Source: Actinomycetes bacterium (GTDB lineage: Bacteria; Actinomycetota; UBA4738; HRBIN12). From it: a DNA stretch of 64,000 bases. Below the pieces are notes generated by a model. It saw only the letters and a list, made by a program, of their open reading frames with translations, was not told where the DNA came from and did not search any database. The translations under genes were made by a program, and so were the position numbers. The DNA is taken from the NCBI GenBank assembly GCA_021155985.1, contig JAJNBA010000001.1, positions 10,700 to 74,699 of the forward strand, in the 5' to 3' direction. Positions 21,282 through 30,336 of this stretch are shown piece after piece. Position 1 is the stretch's first letter. Each line of letters opens with the position of its first letter.

Positions 21282-21783
21282 TCCGGTCCGGGCCGAGCCG
21301 TTTCACGAGGACGACTGGGTCGCGTTCCGCGCGATCCGGCTCCGGTCGTTGATCGACAGTCCCGACGCGTTCGGCTCGACCTATGGGGAGGAGTCCTCGC
21401 AATCGGAGTCTGCGTGGCGGGACTGGGCCGCGGGGCGATGGCGCGGTGGAACCGCGATCGCGCTGGCGGGTCGAGATCCGACGGGAGCGGTCGTGGGGAC
21501 GGCGACCGGCGCGGCGTTCGACGCCGAGCCCGGTGTGGCGCACCTGTACGCGATGTGGGTCGCGCCCGACGCCCGCGGAGCGGGCGTCGGGCGAGCGCTC
21601 GTCGAGGCGGTCGTCGCCTGGGCCCGCGACCGCGGATGCGGTCGCCTCGTGCTCTCCGTCACCGAGACGAACCGACGCGCCCGCGGCTTCTACGAGGCCT
21701 GCGGGTTCGCCGACACCGGCGAGCGACGACCACTCCGCGAGGGCTCCGACCTCGACGTGCTGATCTTCGCGAAGACCCTGTAG
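21151..21783 (+). CDS. GNAT family N-acetyltransferase (start uncertain)
   Basis: GNAT core (MWVAPDARGAGVGRALVEAVV, FYEACGF). The only canonical in-frame start upstream of the conserved N-terminus is GTG 21151, which is 131 nt inside pfkB. Alternatives are ATC 21271 or TTG 21349. Confidence 0.7.
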   Translation: MIGRTPSGSRSGRERPTPSSRAPPGSIRRTPRPSRGRRTSISSDPVRAEPFHEDDWVAFRAIRLRSLIDSPDAFGSTYGEESSQSESAWRDWAAGRWRGGTAIALAGRDPTGAVVGTATGAAFDAEPGVAHLYAMWVAPDARGAGVGRALVEAVVAWARDRGCGRLVLSVTETNRRARGFYEACGFADTGERRPLREGSDLDVLIFAKTL

Positions 21784-21839
21784 GGCCGGCACGCGCACGT
21801 CGGGACGGCACGTCTGGGGGCGTCGCTACACTCCGCCGC

Positions 21840-23066
21840 ATGACGAGACGGACCGGCGCGGACATCTCGCCCGCGGCCGCCGTCCTCGGTCTGTTCCTCA
21901 CGTTCGGACTGATCGTCGCGTCGTTCTTCCCGTTCCTCTCGATCTACTTCGCCGGACGGGGCTTCGACCCGAGCCAGATCGGATTCCTCCTCGGAGCGAT
22001 GGCGGCGGTGCGGATCGTCGCGATGCCGATCTGGGGGCATGTCGCCGACACGCGGATCGGGCGTCGGCGGGCGTTGCAGCTGGGACTGCTGGGGATGGTC
22101 GTGTTCGCGGTCGTGGCGTCGGTGCTCGACTCGCTCGTGGGGGTGGCGTTCGGTGCCGTCGGGATCGCCCTGGCCATGGCGGCGTCGGGACCGAACATCG
22201 ACGCGCTCGCGTTGGTCCAGCTGGGTGAAGAGCGGATGGTGGACTACGGCCGCATCCGCGGATGGGAGAGCCTCTCGTACGCCGCGGGATGCCTCGCGTT
22301 CGGTTGGTTGCTCGACCTCTACGGCGTGTCCCTCGCCCTCCCGTTGTACGCGGCCGCCGGCGCGGTGATGCTCGTCTGGACGACCATCGCGGTGCGACCG
22401 GACCGTCCGAAGCAGCCTGCGCAGCACGGCCGGCTGGGAGCGGTCGGCGCGGTCTTCCGGACGGCGCCGCGGATGTGGGGCTTCCTCGTCGCGACGCTGC
22501 TCGTGTGGACCGGCTTCAACGGCGCCTGGAACTTCGTCGGCCTGAAGATCGAGGAGCCGCTGCTGATCGGCGTGGGCACCGCCTTGGGCGGTTTGACGGA
22601 GGTGGGTGTCATGCGGCTCTCCTCCCGCCTGCATCGCCGCATGGGCCTGCGCAAGGTGTACGCCCTCGGATGCCTGGTCTACGCGACCGGGTTCCTGCTG
22701 TGGGGTCTCGTCGAGAGTCGCACGATCGTGTCGCTGCTCGCCGTCTTCGAGGGCGCAGGATTCTCGCTACTGTTCACCACCTCGATCCTCGTCGTCGGCA
22801 AGCTCCTGCCCTCCACGCTCTACTCGACGGGCAACTCGATCGGTGCGATGGTCGGCTTCGGGATCGGTCCGATCATCGGAGCGGGGCTCGGTGGCGTCGT
22901 CTACGGGCGGCTCGGCTCCACGACCCTCTTCATCGGCTCCGCGGCCCTCGCCCTCCTCGGGGGCGTCGCGGCGCTGGTCGCGCTCCGGATCCCCCGACTC
23001 GATACCCCTCTGCGGGAGCAGCTTCCGACCGGGGACGCGGTCGCTCCCGAGCCCGGCCGGCTCTGA
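21840..23066 (+). CDS. MFS transporter
   Basis: 408 aa, about 12 hydrophobic segments, MFS-like loop GHVADTRIGRRR. ATG 21840 follows TACACT N7. The track's 142-codon 5' extension overlaps the GNAT gene. Confidence 0.8.
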   Translation: MTRRTGADISPAAAVLGLFLTFGLIVASFFPFLSIYFAGRGFDPSQIGFLLGAMAAVRIVAMPIWGHVADTRIGRRRALQLGLLGMVVFAVVASVLDSLVGVAFGAVGIALAMAASGPNIDALALVQLGEERMVDYGRIRGWESLSYAAGCLAFGWLLDLYGVSLALPLYAAAGAVMLVWTTIAVRPDRPKQPAQHGRLGAVGAVFRTAPRMWGFLVATLLVWTGFNGAWNFVGLKIEEPLLIGVGTALGGLTEVGVMRLSSRLHRRMGLRKVYALGCLVYATGFLLWGLVESRTIVSLLAVFEGAGFSLLFTTSILVVGKLLPSTLYSTGNSIGAMVGFGIGPIIGAGLGGVVYGRLGSTTLFIGSAALALLGGVAALVALRIPRLDTPLREQLPTGDAVAPEPGRL

Positions 23067-23177
23067 CGCACCCTGACCTGCGCGCTTTGCAGCGAAGCAC
23101 TCCGTCATGACACGATGAGCGTTCCGGAGACCCGCCGGCCGATCCACGGCCGGACCCCAAACCGGGAGGTGTGATCG

Positions 23178-23417
23178 ATGACGAGCAACCCGAACGGTTC
23201 CGACGAACAGCCGATCGCCGGCCTCGTGGACAAAGCGAAGGAGGTCGCGGAGACCGTCGCCGAGAAGGCAGGTCCCGCGATGGAGAAGGCCAAGGAGGTC
23301 GCGGGGACGGTGGTCGAGAAGGCCGGCCCCGCGATGGAGAAGGCCAAGGAGTCGGCAACGGAGCTCGTCGACAAGGCGAAGGAGCTCCTCGCGACCAAGG
23401 ACGACGACGCGAAATGA
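23178..23417 (+). CDS. small hydrophilic repeat protein (LEA/CsbD-like stress-protein appearance)
   Basis: 79 aa with a GGGAGG SD 9 nt upstream. Lys/Glu/Ala-rich helical repeats AKEVA-TV-EKAGPAMEK. Confidence 0.6.
   Translation: MTSNPNGSDEQPIAGLVDKAKEVAETVAEKAGPAMEKAKEVAGTVVEKAGPAMEKAKESATELVDKAKELLATKDDDAK
23235..23342 (+). repeat. 2 x 54-nt in-frame tandem repeat (18-aa unit) with a degenerate third copy to ~23390
   Basis: AKEVAETVAEKAGPAMEK / AKEVAGTVVEKAGPAMEK / AKESATELVDKAKELL. The DNA units are near-identical. Confidence 0.85.
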
Positions 23418-23445
23418 GGGGGATCTGCCGAAGGGGGAGCAACTG

Positions 23446-23679
23446 ATGGTCAGCGCCTACATCCTCATCCAGACCGAGGTCGGGAAGGCTGCGCAGGTGA
23501 CGCAGCAGGTCAGTGGCATCGACGGCGTCGTCGCCGTCGACCCGGTGACCGGCCCCTACGACGTCGTCGCCCGTGCGGAGGCGGACGACCTCGACGGACT
23601 GGCCAAGGGCACGGTCATGCCGATGCAGGAGCTCGACGGCATCACCCGAACCCTCACCTGCCCGGTCATCCAGCTCTGA
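23446..23679 (+). CDS. stand-alone Lrp/AsnC-type ligand-binding (RAM) domain protein, no HTH
   Basis: 77 aa. Pattern AYILIQTEVGK...V..V.GPYDVVARAEADD is typical of AsnC_trans_reg domains. GGGGGAG SD upstream. Confidence 0.7.
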   Translation: MVSAYILIQTEVGKAAQVTQQVSGIDGVVAVDPVTGPYDVVARAEADDLDGLAKGTVMPMQELDGITRTLTCPVIQL

Positions 23680-23704
23680 CACGCGGGCCTCGGCTCGCGG
23701 ACCG

Positions 23705-24412
23705 ATGACGATCACGATCCGACGCGACGCGGAGATCTCCGACGTGGACGGCGGGTGGTTCCGTGCGCGCTGGCACTTCTCGTTCGACACCTACCATGAC
23801 CCGGCGTACCTGCGGTTCGGATCGCTCCGCGTGTTCAACGACGATCGGCTGGTGCCCGGCGCGATCTGGCCGATGCACCCGCACAAGGACATCGAGGGCC
23901 TCACCTACGTGGTCGAGGGCTCCTTCCGTCACCAGGACGACGTCGGCGGCGCGCCGGGACCGCTGCCCGCCGGGTCCGTGCAGCGGATGACGCTCGGCGG
24001 AGGCGCATGGCACTCCGAGCAGAACGCGAGCGAGACCGAGCCGATGCGGTTCATCCAGATGTGGATCATCCCCGCGGAACGCGGCTTGGAGCCCGGCGTC
24101 GAGCAGAAGGTGTTCACCGAGGAGGACCGCACCGACCGACTCCTGAGGGTGATCAGCGGCGACGGCGGCGACGCCGTGCTCGTCAACCAGGACGCGCACG
24201 TCTTCGTCTCCAGGCTTCTCCCGGACGGCGACGTGACCCATGCCCTCGGCGAGGGCCGAGGCGTCTACCTGTACCTGATCGAGGGCGACGCCGACGTCGC
24301 CGGGGAGCGGATGACGACCGGCGATGCGGCCGAGATCGGGGAGGAGCCTTCGATCCGGATCCGCGCGAACGCGGTGACCGAGCTCATCGCCGTCGACGTC
24401 GCGCTGTCCTGA
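23705..24412 (+). CDS. pirin family protein (cupin; quercetinase-like)
   Basis: Motifs FRARWHFSF and PMHPHKDIEGLTYVVEG. ATG 23705 is in frame, 44 codons into the track ORF. Confidence 0.82.
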   Translation: MTITIRRDAEISDVDGGWFRARWHFSFDTYHDPAYLRFGSLRVFNDDRLVPGAIWPMHPHKDIEGLTYVVEGSFRHQDDVGGAPGPLPAGSVQRMTLGGGAWHSEQNASETEPMRFIQMWIIPAERGLEPGVEQKVFTEEDRTDRLLRVISGDGGDAVLVNQDAHVFVSRLLPDGDVTHALGEGRGVYLYLIEGDADVAGERMTTGDAAEIGEEPSIRIRANAVTELIAVDVALS

Positions 24413-24449
24413 GCTTGCTTCGCCCCTCGGTCGTGGGTACGGTGCGCCG

Positions 24450-26168
24450 ATGCGCGTTCACGCAACGACCCTGGTGGTCACATCGGCGCTCATCGCCTCG
24501 TCGCTCGTCGCGGGACCCTCGCTCGCGGCCCCGGAACCACGCGGCGACGTGGCCTCCCGGACATCGACGCAGGTCGTCGAGCCGCGGAGGCGACTACCGG
24601 CGCTGACGGCTCCGTCCACCCCGGATGCCCTGAGTCGTTCGCTCTCGCAGGGCAGGATCTCCGAGGCGGTCTACGCCCTCGAACGCGCCAGATCCCTGTT
24701 CGACCTGGCCGGGGTCCGTGCACGGTTCGGCCAGGTGTCGCGACCGGATCCCCGGTCCGCCACGTTGGTGCTGCGCGATCTCGCCGTCCGTACCGAGCAG
24801 CTCTCGGGACGGCCGCGAGCGACCGCCGACCGCATCCTCGCCCGCCCGACCGACGGCGGGGGCGATCCGCTCGGCGACGGGTACACGGTGTCGGAAGAGC
24901 CGCCGGAGTGCTCCGCGGACATCTGCGTCCACTACGTGGATACCACGGCCGACGCGCCGGATCGGGACGACCTCGACATGAGCGGTGTGCCCGACTACGT
25001 GGAATCCGTGGCGAGCGTGCTCGATCATGTCTGGGCCGAGGAGGTGGACGGGCTCGGCTATCGCGCGCCCAAGTCGGATGCCACCTCGGACAACGACGGA
25101 GGGAGCTCGCTCCTCGACGTCTATCTGGCGGACATCGGGGTCAGTGGGCTCTACGGGTACTGCGCCAGCGACGATCCCCACCTCGGGTCCTCACCCTATG
25201 ACTACTGGGACATGTCGGCGTATTGCGTTCTCGACGACGATTACGACATCTCGCAGTTCGGGTACCCGAACCCGATGCACCCGCTCAAGGTGACGGCTGC
25301 CCACGAGTTCTTCCACGCCGTCCAGTTCGCCTACGACATCGGCGAGGACGGATGGCTGATGGAGAGCACGGCGACCTGGGTCGAGGAGCACGTCTACGAC
25401 GCGATCGACGACAACCGGCAGTACCTCGCCAGCAGTCCGCTGGCGCAGCCGTCGATCCCCCTCGATCAAACCTCGGGCTTCCGCGTGTACGGCGCCTGGA
25501 TCTTCTGGCAGTTCCTCACCGAATACCTGGGAGGTTCCGCGCCCGACGGGAGCATCGTTCGCGCCGTCTGGAGGAGGGCGGACGGCAGCCGAGCCGGCCC
25601 GGACATGTATTCGACGCAGGCGCTGGCCTCTGCCGTCGGAGCTCGGACGATCGACGGGACGCGCTGGCGATTCCGATGGGCCTTCGCGGACTTCGCGGTC
25701 TGGAACGACCGCCCGGCGAGGTTCTACGACGAAGGGGATGCGTACCCTTCGGCGCCTGTCTCCAGATCCGCGACCCTCACGAAGGCCGCGCGGTCGATGA
25801 GCTCGACGGCGAAGCTCGACCACCTGACGAACCGCTTCGTGGTGGTGCGCCGGGGCTCGGGCCTCAGGGCCGACGCGAGGCTCCGCGTCGCCGTGAACGG
25901 TCCCTCGCACGGGACCGGTCCCGAGGCGAGCGTCGTGGTGATCCGGAAGTCCGGCGCCGCCAGCTCCAAGGTCGTCGCGTTGAACTCCGCCGGGAACGGC
26001 GCGGTCACGGTGGCCTTCGGCACCACGGTATCCAGGGTCGTCGTCATCACGACGAACGCGAGCACCCGCTACCGCGATTGTTATCAGAACCTCACGCCGT
26101 TCGCCTGCTTCGGAGGGGTGCCGCTCGACCAGAACCGGACCTACTCGTTCCGGGCCGAGGTCGTGTGA
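24450..26168 (+). CDS. secreted putative zinc metalloprotease with HEFFH motif, family not recognised
   Basis: Signal peptide (ALIASSLVAGPSLAAP). A single HEXXH (TAAHEFFHAVQFAYD). C-terminal ~150 aa look like a beta-sandwich. ATG follows TACGGT N6. Confidence 0.6.
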   Translation: MRVHATTLVVTSALIASSLVAGPSLAAPEPRGDVASRTSTQVVEPRRRLPALTAPSTPDALSRSLSQGRISEAVYALERARSLFDLAGVRARFGQVSRPDPRSATLVLRDLAVRTEQLSGRPRATADRILARPTDGGGDPLGDGYTVSEEPPECSADICVHYVDTTADAPDRDDLDMSGVPDYVESVASVLDHVWAEEVDGLGYRAPKSDATSDNDGGSSLLDVYLADIGVSGLYGYCASDDPHLGSSPYDYWDMSAYCVLDDDYDISQFGYPNPMHPLKVTAAHEFFHAVQFAYDIGEDGWLMESTATWVEEHVYDAIDDNRQYLASSPLAQPSIPLDQTSGFRVYGAWIFWQFLTEYLGGSAPDGSIVRAVWRRADGSRAGPDMYSTQALASAVGARTIDGTRWRFRWAFADFAVWNDRPARFYDEGDAYPSAPVSRSATLTKAARSMSSTAKLDHLTNRFVVVRRGSGLRADARLRVAVNGPSHGTGPEASVVVIRKSGAASSKVVALNSAGNGAVTVAFGTTVSRVVVITTNASTRYRDCYQNLTPFACFGGVPLDQNRTYSFRAEVV

Positions 26169-26172
26169 CGCT

Positions 26173-27381
26173 TCACTCGTCGGCCGCGGTCACCGGGAAC
26201 GGGAGAGCGATCGGATCGTAGGAGGGCGAACGGCCCTCCTCGTCGAAGCGATCCATGCCCCAGCCGGAGACGTCGGTGACCTCCGTCATGTCCGTGAGCG
26301 CGAGGTCCGCCCCGATCTTGGCCACGCCCGGCCCCCACATCATCCCGTGCCCGACGGCGGTGGCGACCGTGACGCCGGGGATCTCGTCGCCGGCCCGCGT
26401 CGAGACCGGCCCCACGATCGGGAGGTGGTCCGGGCAGTACTCGATCGTCGCCGCCCACGCCTTGCGGATCCCGAGACCTTCCGCGATCGGGACGTATCGG
26501 TGCATCCGCTCCTCCATCGCGTGCAGGTACGGCCAGTCGACCTCACGCGCTTGGCCCGGCGCCTCGTCCGGGTTGGACATCCCGAACAGGAGACCACCCT
26601 CCTCGAGTCGCCAGTACAAGCCGATCGCGTTCTCGAACACCATCGGCTGCCGTTCCACGTCGAAGGCCTCGTGGGGCTCCGTCACGGCCACCTGGTGCCG
26701 GACCGCGCCGACGAAGAAGCGAGCGTCCACGAGCGCGCCGACCTCGCGGAGCTTCGGTCCCCCGGTGAGGAGGACACGCTCCGTCGCGATCGTGCCCTCG
26801 GGCGTCTCGACCCCTGTCACCGCCCCGTCCGAGCCCGTACGGATCCCGAGGAACGATGTCCGTTCCCGGAGCTCCACGTCGGCTCGCTGCATCGCGATCG
26901 AGTACGCGCGCACGTTCCTCGGCGGGTCCACGCACCCGTCGCCCGGCGCGTACGTTCCGCCCCGGAACGTCGCCGGGTCGAGCGTGGGGTTCAGGCGCGC
27001 GGCCTCGGCGGCATCGATGTACCGGACGTCGCCGAGCCCGGCCGCGCGCTGCATCTCCACGCGGGCCTTCGCCTCGCGCTCCTGCACCTCGTCCGTGGCC
27101 AGGATCAGGTACCCGAGCTCACGGAACCCGCTGTCGGTTCCGTACCGCTCTCGCTGCGACCGGTAGAAGTCGATCGACCACATCCCGAGGGCGACCGTTT
27201 GGGGCGTGCCTCCCTGCGCCCGTACGATGCCGGCCGCGCGCGAGGACGCCCCCTGCCCGGACTCCCCCCTCTCCAGAACAACGACGCGTTCCGCGCCGTG
27301 CTCCGTCGCGAAGACCGACGCCCATCCGCCGATCGTGCCCGCCCCCACGACAACGAGGTCGGCGCTGTCTCGATTCGGCAT
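26173..27381 (-). CDS. FAD-dependent oxidoreductase (DAO family, sarcosine-oxidase-beta-like)
   Basis: Dinucleotide-binding start DLVVVGAGTIGGWAS. DAO-family length. ATG 27381 has a GGAAGGA SD. Confidence 0.8.
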   Translation of the reverse strand: MPNRDSADLVVVGAGTIGGWASVFATEHGAERVVVLERGESGQGASSRAAGIVRAQGGTPQTVALGMWSIDFYRSQRERYGTDSGFRELGYLILATDEVQEREAKARVEMQRAAGLGDVRYIDAAEAARLNPTLDPATFRGGTYAPGDGCVDPPRNVRAYSIAMQRADVELRERTSFLGIRTGSDGAVTGVETPEGTIATERVLLTGGPKLREVGALVDARFFVGAVRHQVAVTEPHEAFDVERQPMVFENAIGLYWRLEEGGLLFGMSNPDEAPGQAREVDWPYLHAMEERMHRYVPIAEGLGIRKAWAATIEYCPDHLPIVGPVSTRAGDEIPGVTVATAVGHGMMWGPGVAKIGADLALTDMTEVTDVSGWGMDRFDEEGRSPSYDPIALPFPVTAADE

Positions 27382-27434
27382 CGGGTCCTTCCGCTCGACG
27401 AGGCCGAAGTCTAGCGATGCGTACAGTGACGCCG

Positions 27435-28202
27435 ATGCAGCCCGACATGGACGTGAGTCCATCTCAGACGCCGGTCCCTTCGGCGCCCGCCGACCGCCGG
27501 ACGCTCGTCGAAGAGGTCCTCATCGTGCTGTCGCTCTCGGTGCTGGCACGGGCGGCCTACGCGATCCTCTCGGTCCTCGAAGCCCCGATCGCCGGCGTCG
27601 TCGTCGCGGCCGCCGACCAGTCGAACGCGTTCACCCGCCAGATCCTCGGGTTCGTCTTCGGCCTCGCGCCGGCTCTCCTCGTGTTCCATCTCGTTCGCCG
27701 GAGCGGCGAGGGTCTCCCGGCGATCGGGATCGAGGCGGATCAGCCGAACCGCGATCTGATCCGCGGCGTCCTCGTCTTCATAGTGGTCGGGATCGCCGGG
27801 ATCGGTGTGTACCTGCTCGCCGTGGAGCTCGGGGTGAACCGGTTCGTCGTGCCGACCCCGCCACTCGGTCATTGGTGGACGATCCCGGCGCTCGTCATGA
27901 ACGCGGTGGAAGCCGGCCTGGTCGAAGAGGTGATCGTGCTCGGGTACCTCGTCACGCGGCTGCAGCAGCTGTCGTGGCCGGCGGTGCCCGCGGTGGGCAC
28001 GAGTGCGCTGCTGCGGGGCTCGTACCACCTGTACCAGGGCTGGGGTGGGTTCCTCGGCAACGTCGCGATGGGGGCGCTGTTCGGGTACCTGTTCCTACGA
28101 TGGGGGAGGCGCACCTGGCCGTTCGTGGTCGCCCACGTGCTCCTCGACGTCGGCGCCGGCGTCGGGTTCATCCTGTTCCGCGATCGGCTGCCGGGCTTCT
28201 GA
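27435..28202 (+). CDS. CPBP-family intramembrane glutamic endopeptidase (CAAX protease / Abi)
   Basis: Polytopic. Motifs EAGLVEEVIVLGY, SALLRGSYH and FVVAHVLLD. ATG 27435 follows TACAGT N7, and ATG 27417 is an alternative. Confidence 0.78.
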   Translation: MQPDMDVSPSQTPVPSAPADRRTLVEEVLIVLSLSVLARAAYAILSVLEAPIAGVVVAAADQSNAFTRQILGFVFGLAPALLVFHLVRRSGEGLPAIGIEADQPNRDLIRGVLVFIVVGIAGIGVYLLAVELGVNRFVVPTPPLGHWWTIPALVMNAVEAGLVEEVIVLGYLVTRLQQLSWPAVPAVGTSALLRGSYHLYQGWGGFLGNVAMGALFGYLFLRWGRRTWPFVVAHVLLDVGAGVGFILFRDRLPGF

Positions 28203-28273
28203 CCCGACCGACCTGGCGGATCGTGACGGGACCGGGTATACTGAGCGCTCGGATATCCGAATCAAGACCGATC

Positions 28274-28305
28274 CCCCGGCCAGCGCGCCGGGGTTTCGTG
28301 TCTCT
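28274..28305 (+). terminator. hairpin plus T-rich tail between convergent genes
   Basis: 7-bp GC stem CCCCGGC / GCCGGGG with a 6-nt loop, followed by TTTCGTGTCTCT. It lies between the CPBP stop (28202) and the pmt stop (28315). Confidence 0.45.
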
Positions 28306-28314
28306 GGGGTCCTC

Positions 28315-29838
28315 CTACCTCCAGCCGGGGAACCAGAGGATCAGCTTCCAGCGGGTGTCCGAGATCACTCCCCAGCTCAGCACCGGCCAGAACCAGACGA
28401 AGAGGCCCACCGCAGCCAGGATCACGGTCCACGCGATCGGCCGGTACGGGTGCCAGACGGAGACCGCGGGTCGGCCCGTGGCCGGATCGGTGGCGACGGC
28501 GCCACCGGGCTCCCGGACGACGAGCCTCGCATCGGAGAGGTCGCGCACCATGTACACCATGCCCAGCACGAGGAACGGCGTGAACGGCGCGACGTAGAAG
28601 AAGAACTGCGGGCGCGATGCCAGGAACCACGGAAGGTACTGGAGCAGCACCGCCATCAGGAGGAACCCCGGGACCCAATCGCGCTTGCGCCACCAGGTCC
28701 ACCCGAGGTAGGGCAGCGCCCAGATGCTCCCCCAGAAGATGACCGGGCTGCCGATCGCCGTGAGTTGGCGGATCGACGGTCCGATGTCCTCCCAGGTGAT
28801 CGAGAGCGGCCGCTTCATGATCAGCCACGTCCACGGCCGCGAATAACCGTAGTGCGTCGGTGTCATCGCGCCCGTGTCCGGATCGAGCGCCGTCTCCTTC
28901 AGGCCGGACAGGTGATACGTCGCCACCCGCCTCTGCTGTTCGACCAGCTCGCCGACCTTCCAGTCGAAGTGATGCAGCCACGGGAGGTAGATCGCCAGGT
29001 AAAGGAGGAACGGAAGGATCACGAAGGCGACGAGCAGGGTGAAGCTCTCCCGGAACAACGCCCGCGAGAACGCTGCGCCGTGCGTCGTGCCGCTCCGGTG
29101 ACGCCTCGATGTCTCCCAGACCAGTGAGATCACGATCGCTGCGATGATCCCGAGTCCGCCGGACCACTTCACCGCGACGGCCGCTCCGAACGCGCTCCCG
29201 GCGGCGTAGCGCCACGGCCTCCACAGGGGCGAGGGCACGCGAGCTTCGCCCTCCGGTGGCGCCCGGGGGGTCCGCACGTCGATCCAACGCCGGTCCAGGA
29301 TCAGGCAGAGGAATCCCGCGACGGTCCAGAGCTGCACGTGAACGTCCAAGAGCGCCAGCCGCGACAGCACGACGCTCAGGTGCTCGAGGGCGAGGAGCAG
29401 ACCCGCGAGGAACGTCCAGAGCGGTCGTCCGAATAGGAGCTGCGCGATCAGGGCGAGGCCGGTCACCGCCAGCGTGCCTGCCACCGCCGAGCCGATCCGC
29501 CACCCGAAGGGGTCCATCCCGAAGGCCTTGATCCCGAGCGCGATCGTCCACTTGCCGAGCGGCGGATGGACGAACGAGCCGACGTCCCATTCCTGCTCGC
29601 GGAACGCGCGCTCGTTGTCCGACTCGATCCTGCAGACCTCGTCGGAGCCGCCGACGAAGATGCACGCCGCCTTCGCGTAGTAGTTCTCGTCGAAGACCAA
29701 CGAGGGGGGGTTCGACAGCCCCCACATCCGGACCACCGCGGCGACGGCGGTGACGGCGAGGATCGCGACCCACGGACGGTTCAGACGCCGGAGGAACGGG
29801 GCGTCCGCGCGATCGGCCACGCGTGCCAGCGTACTCAC
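28315..29838 (-). CDS. pmt: protein O-mannosyltransferase (GT39, polyprenyl-phosphate-mannose dependent)
   Basis: Polytopic. Motifs VFDENYYAKAA, VHPPLGKW, AVKWSG. Only the last ~507 codons of track ORF 28315..31113 are credible. Start GTG 29838, with 29820 as an alternative. Confidence 0.85.
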   Translation of the reverse strand: MSTLARVADRADAPFLRRLNRPWVAILAVTAVAAVVRMWGLSNPPSLVFDENYYAKAACIFVGGSDEVCRIESDNERAFREQEWDVGSFVHPPLGKWTIALGIKAFGMDPFGWRIGSAVAGTLAVTGLALIAQLLFGRPLWTFLAGLLLALEHLSVVLSRLALLDVHVQLWTVAGFLCLILDRRWIDVRTPRAPPEGEARVPSPLWRPWRYAAGSAFGAAVAVKWSGGLGIIAAIVISLVWETSRRHRSGTTHGAAFSRALFRESFTLLVAFVILPFLLYLAIYLPWLHHFDWKVGELVEQQRRVATYHLSGLKETALDPDTGAMTPTHYGYSRPWTWLIMKRPLSITWEDIGPSIRQLTAIGSPVIFWGSIWALPYLGWTWWRKRDWVPGFLLMAVLLQYLPWFLASRPQFFFYVAPFTPFLVLGMVYMVRDLSDARLVVREPGGAVATDPATGRPAVSVWHPYRPIAWTVILAAVGLFVWFWPVLSWGVISDTRWKLILWFPGWR

Positions 29839-29858
29839 GGGTGTCGCGTCGTCGGTCC

Positions 29859-30281
29859 TCAGCGCGGCCGGTCCCTGAGGCGAGTGACGAACTGCAGCCC
29901 CTGGAAGGTCTCCGTGATCGAGGCGCTCTTGTTGTCGACGAGCCCGGCGTCGAGTCCGATCCGCTGGACGGTGTCGAAGTCGAGGTCGGTCGAGAGCTCG
30001 GCGGCCTTCTTCGGCCACGCGACCCAGAGCCGCCCGGCGGGGTCGAGGCCGGCGGCGAGTGCGGCGAACCGGGATCGGAGGTCCCGCTCCTCGGTCACGA
30101 ACAGGAGGGCGACGTCCATCCGGGAGCCGGGCCGTCGGAGGCGCTGGACGCCGGTGGGCAGGGTCCCGAGTGCGGTGTCGAAGTCCTGGGGCGCGCCGGC
30201 GACGTACACCTTCGCGCCCTCCCGGACGCCGAGCTTCTTCGGCAGCGGCGTTCCGGAGTAGTCCTTGTGCGGCTCGGCCAT
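29859..30281 (-). CDS. DUF3052 domain-containing protein
   Basis: 140 aa with actinobacterial DUF3052-like pattern (YSGTPLPKKLG, LWVAWPKK, VDNKSASI). ATG 30281 follows TACCAT N6. Lies 20 nt upstream of pmt. Confidence 0.65.
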   Translation of the reverse strand: MAEPHKDYSGTPLPKKLGVREGAKVYVAGAPQDFDTALGTLPTGVQRLRRPGSRMDVALLFVTEERDLRSRFAALAAGLDPAGRLWVAWPKKAAELSTDLDFDTVQRIGLDAGLVDNKSASITETFQGLQFVTRLRDRPR

Positions 30282-30336
30282 CGGCCCATGGTAGGCGGGG
30301 GCGGACGTGGGACCATCCCGAGATGGCTGGCCGGGC

